Assembly: GCA_964016885.1 (NCBI GenBank)
Contig: OZ024757.1
Coordinates: forward strand, 10,416,001-10,480,000
Length of the DNA stretch: 64,000 nucleotides
Origin: Eledone cirrhosa
Taxonomy: Eukaryota
Direction of reading: 5' to 3'
The position numbers were made by a program, and so were the translations under genes. This document shows, piece after piece, positions 47,201 through 57,800 of this stretch (the stretch's first letter is position 1; the number at the start of each line of letters is the position of its first letter). A model generated the notes under the pieces. The model had not been told where the DNA came from, ran no database searches, and saw only the letters and a list, made by a program, of their open reading frames with translations.

Positions 47201-50200
47201 AAGTTGGGGTTGAGGTAAGTTGGGGTTAAGTTAAGTTGGGGTTAATTTAAGTTTGGTTTAAGTTAAGTTGGGGTTAAGTTAAGTTGGGGTTAAGTTAAGT
47301 TGGGATTAGGTTAAGTTGGGGTTAAGTTAAGTTGGGGTTAAGTTAAGTTGTGGTTAATTTAAGTTGGGGTGAAGTTAAGTTGGGGTTAAGTTAAGTTGGT
47401 GTTAAGGTAAGTTGGGGTTAAGTTAAGTTGGGGTTAAGTTAAGTTGGGGTTAAGTTAAGTTGGAGTTAACTTAAGTTGGGGTTAAGTTGGGGTTAACTTA
47501 AGTTGGGGTTAAGTTGGGGTTAACTTAAGTTGGGGTTAAGTTAAGTTGGGGTTGAGTTAAGTTGGGGTTGATTTAAGTTGGGGTTGAGTTAAGTTGGAGT
47601 CGAGTTAAGTTGGGGTTAAGTTAAGTTGGTGTTAAATTAAATTGGGGTTAAGTTAAGTTGGGGTTACGTTAAGTTGGGGTTAAGTTAAGTTGGGGTTAAG
47701 TCAAGTTGGGGTTAAATCAAGTTGGGGTTAACTTAAGTTTGGATTAACTTAAGTTGGGTTAACTTAAGTTGGGGTTAAGTTGGGCTTAACTTAAGTTGGG
47801 GTTAAGTTAAGTTGGGGTTGAGTTAAGTTGGGGTTGAGTTAAGTTGGGGTTGAGTTAAGTTGGGGTTGAGTTAAGTTGGGGTCGAGTTAAGTTGGGGTTG
47901 ACTTAAGTTGGGGTTAAGTTAAGTTGGGGTTAAGTTAAGTTGGGGTTACGTTAAGTTGGGATTAGATTAAGTAGGAGTTAAGTTAAGTTGGGGTTAAGTT
48001 AAGTCGGAGTAAAGTTAAGTTGGGGTTAAGTTAAGTTGGGGGTAAGTTAAGTTGTGGTTAAGTTAAGTTGGGGTTAAGTTGGGGTTAAGTTAAGTTGGGG
48101 TTGAGTTAAGTTGGGGTTGAATTAAGTTGGGATTGAGTTAAGTTGGAGTTAAGTTAAGTTGGGGTTAAGTTAAGTTGGGGTTAAGTTAAGTTGGCGTTAA
48201 ATTAAGTTGGGGTTAAGTTAAGTTGGGGTTACGTTAAGTTGGGGTTAAGTTAAGTTGGGGTTAAGTCAAGTTGGGGTTAAATCAAGTTGTGGTTAACTTA
48301 AGTTTGGATTAACTTAAGTTGGGTTAACTTAAGTTGGGATTAAGTTGGGGTTAACTTAAGTTGGGGTTAAGTTAAGTTGGGGTTGAGTTAAGTTGGGGTT
48401 GAGTTAAGTTGGGGTTGAGTTAAGTTGGGGTTAAGTTAAGTTGGGGTTAAGTTAAGTTGGGGTTAAGTTAAGTTGGGATTAGATTAAGTAGGAGTTAAGT
48501 TAAGTTGGGGTTAAGTTAAGTTGTGGTTAAGTTATGTTGGGGTTAAGTTAAGTTGGGGTTAAGTTAAGTTGGGGTTAACTTAAGTTGGAGTTAAGTTAAG
48601 TTGGGGTTAAGTTAAGTTGAGGCTAAGTTAAGTTGGGGCTGAGTTAACTTGGGGTTAAGTTAAGTTGGGGTTAAGTTAAGTTGGGGTTAAGGTAAGTTGG
48701 GGTTAATTTAAGTTGGGGTTAAGTTAAGTTGGGGTTAAGTTAAGTTGGGGTTAACTTAAGTTGGGGTTAACTTAAGTTGGGGTTAAGTTGGGGTTAACTT
48801 AAGTTGGGGTTAAGTTAAGTTGGGGTTGAGTTAAGTTGGAGTTAAGTTAAGTTGGGGTTAATTTAAGTTGGGGTTAAGTTAAGTCGGGGTAAAGTTAAGT
48901 TGGGGTTAAGTTAAGTTGGGGGTAAGTTAATTTGGGGTTAAGTTAAGTTGGGGTTTAGTTAATTTGGGGTTAAGTCAAGTTGGGGTTAAGTCAAGTTGGG
49001 GTTAAGTTAAGTTGGGGTTAAGTTAAGTCGGGGTTAAGTTAAGTTGGGGTTAAGTTAAGTTGGGGTAAGTTAAGTTGGGGTTAAGTTAAGTTGGGGTTTA
49101 CTTAAGTTGGGGTTAAGTCAAGTTGGGGTTAAGTCAAGTTGGGGTTAAGTCAAGTTGGGGTTAAGTTCAGTTGGGGTTAAGTTAAGTTGGGGTTAAATTA
49201 AGTTGGGGTTAAGTTAAGTTGGGGTTAAGTTAAGTTGGCGTTAAGTTAAGTTGGGGTTAAGTTAACTTGGGGTTAAGTTAAGTTGGGGTTAAGTTAAGTT
49301 GGGGTTAAGTCAAGTTGGGGTTAAATCAAGTTGGGGTTAACTTAAGTTTGGATTAACTTAAGTTGGGTTAACTTAAGTTGGGGTTAAGTTGGGGTTAACT
49401 TAAGTTGGGGTTAAGTTAAGTTGGGGTTAAGTTAAGTTGGGGTTGAGTTAAGTTGGGGTTGAGTTAAGTTGGGGTTGAGTTAAGTTGGGGTTGATTTAAG
49501 TTGGGGTTGAGTTAAGTTGGGGTCGAGTTAAGTTGGGGTTGAGTTAAGTTGGGGTTAAGTTAAGTTGGGGTTAAGTTAAGTTGGGGTTAAGTTAAGTTTG
49601 GTTTAAGTTAAGTTGGGGTTAAGTTAAGTTGGGGTTAAGTTAAGTTGGGGTTAAGTTAAGTTGGGGTTAACTTAAGTTGGGGTTAAGTTGGGGTTAACTT
49701 AAGTTGGGGTTAAGTTGGGGTTAACTTAAGTTGGGGTTAAGTTAAGTTGGGGTTGAGTTAAGTTGGGGTTGATTTAATTTGGGGTTGAGATAAGTTGGAG
49801 TCGAGTTAAGTTGGGGTTGAGTTAAGTTGGGGTTAAGTTAAGTTGGGGTTAAGTTAAGTTGGAGTTAAGTTAAGTTGGGGTTAAGTTAAGTTGGGGTTAA
49901 GTTAAGTCGGAGTTAAGTTAAGTTGGGGTTAAGTTAAGTTGGGGGTAAGTTAAGTTGTGGTTGAGTTAAGTTGGGGTTGAATTAAGTTGGGGTTGAGTTG
50001 GGGTTAAGTTAAGTTGGGGTTAAGTTAAGTTGGGGTTGAGTTAAGTTGGGGTTGAATTAAGTTGGGGTTGAGTTAAGTTGGAGTTAAGTTCAGTTGGGGT
50101 TAAGTTAAGTTGGGGTTACGTTAATTCGGGGTTAAGTTAAGTTGGGGTTAAGTTAAGTTGGGGGTAAGTTAAGTTGGGGTTAAGTTAAGTTGGGGTTTAG

Positions 50201-51800
50201 TTAAGTTGGGGTTAAGTTAAGTTGGCGTTAAGTTAAGTTGGGGTTAAGTTAAGTTGGGGTTATGTTAAGTTGGGGTTAAGTTAAGTTGGGGTTAAGTCAA
50301 GTTGGGGTTAAATCAAGTTGGGGTTAACTTAAGTTTGGATTAACTTAAGTTGGGTTAACTTAAGTTGGGGTTAAGTTGGGGTTAAGTTGGGGTTAAGTTA
50401 AGTTGGGGTTACGTTAAGTTGGGGTTAAGTTAAGTTGGGGGTAACTTAAGTTGGGGTTAAGTTAAGTTGGGGTTAAGTGAAGTTGGGGTTAAGTTAAGTT
50501 GGGGTTAAGTTAAGTTGGGGTTAAGTTAAGTTGGGGTTAAGTAAAGTTGGGGTTGAGTTAATTTGGGGTTGAATTAAGTTGGGGTTAAGTTAAGTTGGGG
50601 TTAAGTCAAGTTGGGGTTAAATCAAGTTGGGGTTAACTTAAGTTTGGATTAACTTAAGTTGGGTTAACTTAAGTTGGGGTTAAGTTGGGGTTAAGTTGGG
50701 GTTAAGTTAAGTTGGGGTTAAGTTAAGTTGGGGTTAAGTTAAGTTGGGGGTAACTTAAGTTGGGGTTAAGTTAAGTTGGGGTTAAGTTAAGTTGTGGTTA
50801 AGTTAAGTTGGGGTTAAGTTAAGTTGGGGTTAAGTTAAGTTGGGGTTAAGTTAAGTTGGGGTTAAGTTAAGTTGGGGTAAGTTAAGTTGGGGTTAAGTTA
50901 AGTTGGGGTTTACTTAAGTTGGGGTTAAGTCAAGTTGGGGTTAAGTCAAGTTGGGGTTAAGTTAAGTTGGGGTTGATTTAAGTTGGGGTTGAATTAAGTT
51001 GGGGTCGAGTTAAGTTGGGGTTGAGTTAAGTTGGGGTTAAGTTAAGTCGGGTTTAAATTAAGTTGGGGTTAAGTTAAGTTGTGGTAAGTTAAGTTAGGGT
51101 TAAGTTAAGTTGGGGTTTAGCTAAGTTGGGGTTAAGTCAAGTTGGGGTTAAGTCAAGTTGGGGTTAAGTCAAGTTGGGGTTAAGTTAAGTTGGGGTTAAG
51201 TTAAGTTGGGGTTAATTTAAGTTGGGATTAGGTTAAGTTGGGGTTAAGTTAAGTTGGCGTTAAGTTAAGTTGGGGTTAAGTTAAGTTGGGGTTAAGTTAA
51301 GATGGGGTTAAGTCAAGTTGGGGTTAAATCAAGTTGGGGTTAACTTAAGTTTGGATTAACTTAAGTTGGGTTAACTTAAGTTGGGTTTAAGTTGGGGTTA
51401 ACTTAAGTTGGGGTTAAGTTAAGTTGGGGTTAAGTTAAGTTGGGGTTGAGTTAAGTTGGGGTTGAGTTAAGTTGGGGTTGAGTTAAGTTGGGGTTGATTT
51501 AAGTTGGGGTTGAGTTAAGTTGGGGTCGAGTTAAGTTGGGGTTGAGTTAAGTTGGGGTTAGGTTAAGTTGGGGATAAGTTAAGTTTGGTTTAAGTTAAGT
51601 TGGGGTTAAGTTAAGTTGGGGTTAAGTTAAGTTGGGATTAGGTTAAGTTGGGGTTAAGTTAAGTTGGGGTTAAGTTAAGTTGTGGCTAAGTTAAGTTGGG
51701 GTTAAGTTAAGTTGGGGTTAAGTTAAGTTGGGGTTAAGGTAAGTTGGGGTTAAGTTAAGTTGGGGTTAAGTTAAGTTGGGGTTTAGTTAAGTTGGGGTTA
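38205..51800 (+). repeat. Tandem duplication of ~6.8 kb (~38205-45000 and ~45000-51800)
   Basis: Marker offsets: TGGGGTTTAG 38221/45015 (6,794), GGGTTTAATT 38931/45709 (6,778), TTTGGG 39634/46460 (6,826), the T of TTGTGG 41544/48290 (6,746), the C of AATTCGGGG 43365/50127 (6,762). The offsets differ by multiples of 16. Confidence 0.87.
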
Positions 51801-54800
51801 ACTTTAGTTGGGGTTAACTTAAGTTGGGGTTAAGTTGGGGTTAACTTAAGTTGGGGTTAATTTAAGTTGGGGTTGAGTTAAGTTGGGGTTGATTTAAGTT
51901 GGGGTTGAGTTAAGTTGGGGTCGAGTTAAGTTGGGGTTGAGTTAAGTTGGGGTTAAGTTAAGTTGGCGTTAAGTTAAGTTGGAGTTAAGTTAAGTTGGGG
52001 TTAAGTTAAGCTGGGGTTAAGTTAAGTTGGGGGTAAGTTAAGTTGTGGTTAAGTTAATTTGGGGTTAAGTTAAGTTGGGGTTGAGTTAAGTTGGGGTTGA
52101 ATTAAGTTGGGGTTGAGTTAAGTTGGAGTTAAGTTAAGTTGGGGTTAAGTTAAGTTGGGATTAAGTTAAGTCGGGGTAAAGTTAAGTTGGGGTTAAGTTA
52201 AGTTGGGGGTAAGTTAAGTTGGGATTAAGTTAAGTTGGGGTTTAGTTAATTTGGGGTTAAGTCAAGTTGGGGTTAAATCAAGTTGGGGTTAACTTAAGTT
52301 TGGATTAACTTAAGTTGGGTTAACTTAAGTTGGGGTTAAGTTGGGCTTAACTTAAGTTGGGGTTAAGTTAAGTTGGGGTTGAGTTAAGTTGGGGTTGAGT
52401 TAAGTTGGGGTTGAGTTAAGTTGGGGTTGAGTTAAGTTGGGGTCGAGTTAAGTTGGGGTTGAGTTAAGTTGGGGTTAAGTTAAGTTGGGGTTAAGTTGGG
52501 GTTAAGTTAAGTTGGGATTAGGTTAAGTTGGGGTTAAGTTAAGTTGGGGTTAAGTTAAGTCGGAGTAAAGTTAAGTTGGGGTTAAGTTAAGTTGGGGGTA
52601 AGTTAAGTTGTGGTTAAGTTAAGTTGGGGTTAAGTTGGGGTTAAGTTAAGTTGGGGTTGAGTTAAGTTGGGGTTGAATTAAGTTGGGATTGAGTTAAGTT
52701 GGAGTTAAGTTAAGTTGGGGTTAAGTTAAGTTGGGGTTAAGTTAAGTTGGCGTTAAATTAAGTTGGGGTTAAGTTAAGTTGGGGTTACGTTAAGTTGGGG
52801 TTAAGTCAAGTTGGGGTTAACTTAAGTTGGGTTAACTTAAGTTGGGATTAAGTTGGGGTTAACTTAAGTTGGGGTTAAGTTAAGTTGGGGTTGAGTTAAG
52901 TTGGGGTTGAGTTAAGTTGGGGTTGAGTTAAGTTGGGGTTAATTTAAGTTGGGGTTAAGTTAAGTTGGGGTTAAGTTAAGTTGGGATTAGATTAAGTAGG
53001 AGTTAAGTTAAGTTGGGGTTAAGTTAAGTTGTGGTTAAGTTAAGTTGGGGTTAAGTTAAGTTGGGGTTAAGTTAAGTTGGGGTTAACTTAAGTTGGGGTT
53101 AAGTTAAGTTGAGGCTAAGTTAAGTTGGGGCTGAGTTAACTTGGGGTTAAGTTAAGTTGGGGTTAAGTTAAGTTGGGGTTAAGTTAAGTTGGGGTTAAGT
53201 TAAGTTGGGGTTAACTTAAGTTGGGGTTAAGTTGGGGTTAACTTAAGTTGGGGTTAATTTAAGTTGGGGTTGAGTTAAGTTGGGGTTGATTTCAGTTTGG
53301 GTTGAGTTAAGTTGGGGTTGTGTTAAGTTGGGGTTAAGTTAAGTTGGGGTTAAGTTAAGTTGGGGTTGAGTTAAGTTGGGATCGAGGTAAGTTGGGGTTG
53401 AGTTAAGTTGGGGTTAAGTTAAGTTGGGGTTAACTTAAGTTGGGGTTAACTTAAGTTGGGGTTAAGTTAAGTTGGGGTTAAGTTAAGTTGGGGTTAAGTT
53501 AAGTTGGGGTTAAGTTAAGTTGGGGTTAAGTTAAATTGGGGTTAAGTTAAGTTGGGGTTGAGTTAAGTTAGGGTCGAGTTAAGTTGGGGTTGAGTTAATT
53601 TGGGGTTGAATTAAGTTGGGGTTAGGTTAAGTTGGGGTTAAGTTAAATTTGATTTAAGTTAAGTTGGGGTTAAGTTAAGTTGGGGTTAAGTTAAGTTGGG
53701 ATTAGATTAAGTTGGGGTTAAGTTAAGTTGGGGTTGAGTTAAGTTGGGGTTAAGTTAAGTTGGCGTTAAGTTAAGTTAGGGTTAAGTTAAGTTGGGGTTA
53801 AGTTAAGTTGGGGTTAAGTTAAGTTGGGGTTAAGTTAAGTTGGGGTTAAGTTAAGTTGGAGTTAAGTTAAGTTGGGGTTAAGTCAAGTTGGGGTTGAGTT
53901 AATTTGGGGTTAAGTTAAGTTGGGGTTAAGTTAAGTTGGAGTTAAGTTAAGTTGGGGTTAAGTCAAGTTGGGGTTGAGTTAATTTGGGGTTGAATTAAGT
54001 TGGGGTTAGGTTAAGTTGGGGTTAAGTTAAGTTTGGTTTAAGTTAAGTTGGGGTTAAGTTAAGTTGGGGTTAAGTTAATTTGGGGTTAAGTTAAGTTGGG
54101 GTTGAGTTAAGTTGGGGTTGATTTAAGTTGGGGTTGAATTAAGTTGGGGTCGAGTTAAGTTGGGGTTGAGTTAAGTTGGGGTTAAGTTAAGTTGGGGTTA
54201 AGTTAAGTTGGAGTTAAGTTAAGTTGGGGTTAAGTTAAGTTGGGGTTAAGTTAAGTCGGAGTAAAGTTAAGTTGGGGTTAAGTTAAGTTGGGAGTAAGTT
54301 AAGTTGTGGTTAAGTTAAGTTGGGGTTAAGTTGGGGTTAAGTTAAGTTGGGGTTGAGTTAAGTTGGGGTTGAATTAAGTTGGGATTGAGTTAAGTTGGAG
54401 TTAAGTTAAGTTGGGGTTAAGTTAAGTTGGGGTTAAGTTAAGTTGGCGTTAAATTAAGTTGGGGTTAAGTTAAGTTGGGGTTACGTTAAGTTGGGGATAA
54501 GTTAAGTTGGGGTTAAGTCAAGTTGGGGTTAAATCAAGTTGGGGTTAACTTAAGTTTGGATTAACTTAAGTTGGGTTAACTTAAGTTGGGATTAAGTTGG
54601 GGTTAACTTAAGTTGGGGTTAAGTTAAGTTGGCGTTGAGTTAAGTTGGGGTTGAGTTAAGTTGGGGTTGAGTTAAGTTGGGGTTGAGTTAAGTTGGGGTC
54701 GAGTTAAGTTGGGGTTGATTTAAGTTGGGGTTAAGTTAAGTTGGGGTTAAGTTAAGTTGGGGTTAAGTTAAGTTGGGATTAGATTAAGTAGGAGTTAAGT

Positions 54801-57800
54801 TAAGTTGGGGTTAATTTAAGTTGTGGTTAAGTTAAGTTGGGGTTAAGTTAAGTTGGGGTTAAGTTAAGTTGGGGTTAACTTAAGTTGGAGTTAAGTTAAG
54901 TTGGGGTTAAGTTAAGTTGAGGCTAAGTTAAGTTGGGGCTGAGTTAACTTGGGGTTAAGTTAAGTTGGGGTTAAGTTAAGTTGGGGTTAAGGTAAGTTGG
55001 GGTTAAGTTAAGTTGGGGTTAAGTTAAGTTGGGGTTAAGTTAAGTTGGGGTTAACTTAAGTTGGGGTTAAGTTGGGGTTAGATTAAGTTGGGGTTAAGTT
55101 AAGTTGGGGTTGAGTTAAGTTGAGGCTAAGTTAAGTTGGGGCTGAGTTAACTTGGGGTTAAGTTAAGTTGGGGTTAAGTTAACTTGGGGTTAAGTTAAGT
55201 TGGGGTTAAGTTAAGTTGGGGTTAAGGTAAGTTGGGGTTAAGTTAAGTTGGGGTTAAGTTAAGTTGGGGTTAATTTAAGTTGGGGTTGAGTTAAGTTGGG
55301 GTTGATTTCAGTTTGGGTTGAGTTAAGTTGGGGTCGAGTTAAGTTGGGGTTGTGTTAAGTGGGGGTTAATTTAAGTTGGGGTTAAGTCAAGTTGGGGTTA
55401 AGTCAAGTTGGGGTTAAGTTAAGTTGGGGTTGATTTAAGTTGGGGTTGAATTAAGTTGGGGTCGAGTTAAGTTGGGGTTGAGTTAAGTTGGGGTTAAGTT
55501 AAGTCGGGTTTAAATTAAGTTGGGGTTAAGTTAAGTTGTGGTAAGTTAAGTTAGGGTTAAGTTAAGTTGGGGTTTAGCTAAGTTGGGGTTAAGTCAAGTT
55601 GGGGTTAAGTCAAGTTGGGGTTAAGTCAAGTTGGGGTTAAGTTAAGTTGGGGTTAAGTTAAGTTGGGGTTAATTTAAGTTGGGATTAAGTTAAGTTGGGG
55701 TTAAGTTAAGTTGGCGTTAAGTTAAGTTGGGGTTAAGTTAAGTTGGGGTTAAGTTAAGATGGGGTTAAGTCAAGTTGGGGTTAAATCAAGTTGGGGTTAA
55801 CTTAAGTTTGGATTAACTTAAGTTGGGTTAACTTAAGTTGGGTTTAAGTTGGGGTTAACTTAAGTTGGGGTTAAGTTAAGTTGGGGTTAAGTTAAGTTGG
55901 GGTTGAGTTAAGTTGGGGTTGAGTTAAGTTGGGGTTGAGTTAAGTTGGGGTTGATTTAAGTTGGGGTTGAGTTAAGTTGGGGTCGAGTTAAGTTGGGGTT
56001 GAGTTAAGTTGGGGTTAGGTTAAGTTGGGGATAAGTTAAGTTTGGTTTAAGTTAAGTTGGGGTTAAGTTAAGTTGGGGTTAAGTTAAGTTGGGATTAGGT
56101 TAAGTTGGGGTTAAGTTAAGTTGGGGTTAAGTTAAGTTGTGGCTAAGTTAAGTTGGGGTTAAGTTAAGTTGGGGTTAAGTTAAGTTGGGGTTAAGGTAAG
56201 TTGGGGTTAAGTTAAGTTGGGGTTAAGTTAAGTTGGGGTTTAGTTAAGTTGGGGTTAAGTTAAGTTGGCGTTAAGTTAAGTTGGGGTTAAGTTAAGTTGG
56301 CGTTAAATTAAGTTGGGGTTAAGTTAAGTTGGGGTTACGTTAAGTTGGGGATAAGTTAAGTTGGGGTTAAGTCAAGTTGGGGTTAAATCAAGTTGGGGTT
56401 AACTTAAGTTTGGATTAACTTAAGTTGGGTTAACTTAAGTTGGGATTAAGTTGGGGTTAACTTAAGTTGGGGTTAAGTTAAGTTGGCGTTGAGTTAAGTT
56501 GGGGTTGAGTTAAGTTGGGGTTGAGTTAAGTTGGGGTTGAGTTAAGTTGGGGTCGAGTTAAGTTGGGGTTGATTTAAGTTGGGGTTAAGTTAAGTTGGGT
56601 TTAAGTTAAGTTGGGGTTAAGTTAAGTTGGGATTAGATTAAGTAGGAGTTAAGTTAAGTTGGGGTTAAGTTAAGTTGTGGTTAAGTTAAGTTGGGGTTAA
56701 GTTAAGTTGGGGTTAAGTTAAGTTGGGGTTAACTTAAGTTGGAGTTAAGTTAAGTTGGGGTTAAGTTAAGTTGAGGCTAAGTTAAGTTGGGGCTGAGTTA
56801 ACTTGGGGTTAAGTTAAGTTGGGGTTAAGTTAAGTTGGGGTTAAGGTAAGTTGGGGTTAAGTTAAGTTGGGGTTAAGTTAAGTTGGGGTTAAGTTAAGTT
56901 GGGGTTAACTTAAGTTGGGGTTAAGTTGGGGTTAACTTAAGTTGGGTTTAATTTAAGTTGGGGTTGAGTTAAGTTGGGGTTGATTTCAGTTTGGGTTGAG
57001 TTAAGTTGGGGTCGAGTTAAGTTGGGGTTGTGTTAAGTGGGGGTTAAGTTAAGTTGGGGTTAAGTTAAGTTGGGGTTGAGTTAAGTTGGGATCGAGGTAA
57101 GTTGGGGTTGAGTTAAGTTGGGGTTAAGTTAAGTTTGGTTTAAGTTAAGTTGGGGTTAAGTTAAGTTGGGGTTAAGTTAAGGTGGGATTAGGTTAAGTTG
57201 GGGTTAAGTTAAGTTGGGGTTAAGTTAAGTTGTGGTTAAGTTAAGTTGGGGTTAAGTTAAGTTGGGGTTAAGTTAAGTTGGGGTTAAGTTAAGTTGGGGT
57301 TAACTTAAGTTGGGGTTAACTTAAGTTGGGGTTAAGTTGGGGTTTACTTAAGTTGGGGTTAAGTTGGGGTTAACTTAAGTTGGGGTTAAGTTAAGTTGGA
57401 GTCGAGTTAAGTTGGGGTTGAGTTAAGTTGGGGTTAAGTTAAGTTGGGGTTAAGTTAAGTCGGAGTTAAGTTAAGTTGGGGTTAAGTTAAGTTGGGGGTA
57501 AGTTAAGTTGTGGTTGAGTTAAGTTGGGGTTGAATTAAGTTGGGGTTGAGTTGGGGTTAAGTTAAGTTGGGGTTAAGTTAAGTTGGGGTTGAGTTAAGTT
57601 GGGGTTGAATTAAGTTGGGGTTGAGTTAAGTTGGAGTTAAGTTCAGTTGGGGTTAAGTTAAGTTGGGGTTACGTTAATTCGGGGTTAAGTTAAGTTGGGG
57701 TTAAGTTAAGTTGGGGGTAAGTTAAGTTGGGGTTAAGTTAAGTTGGGGTTTAGTTAAGTTGGGGTTAAGTTAAGTTGGCGTTAAGTTAAGTTGGGGTTAA

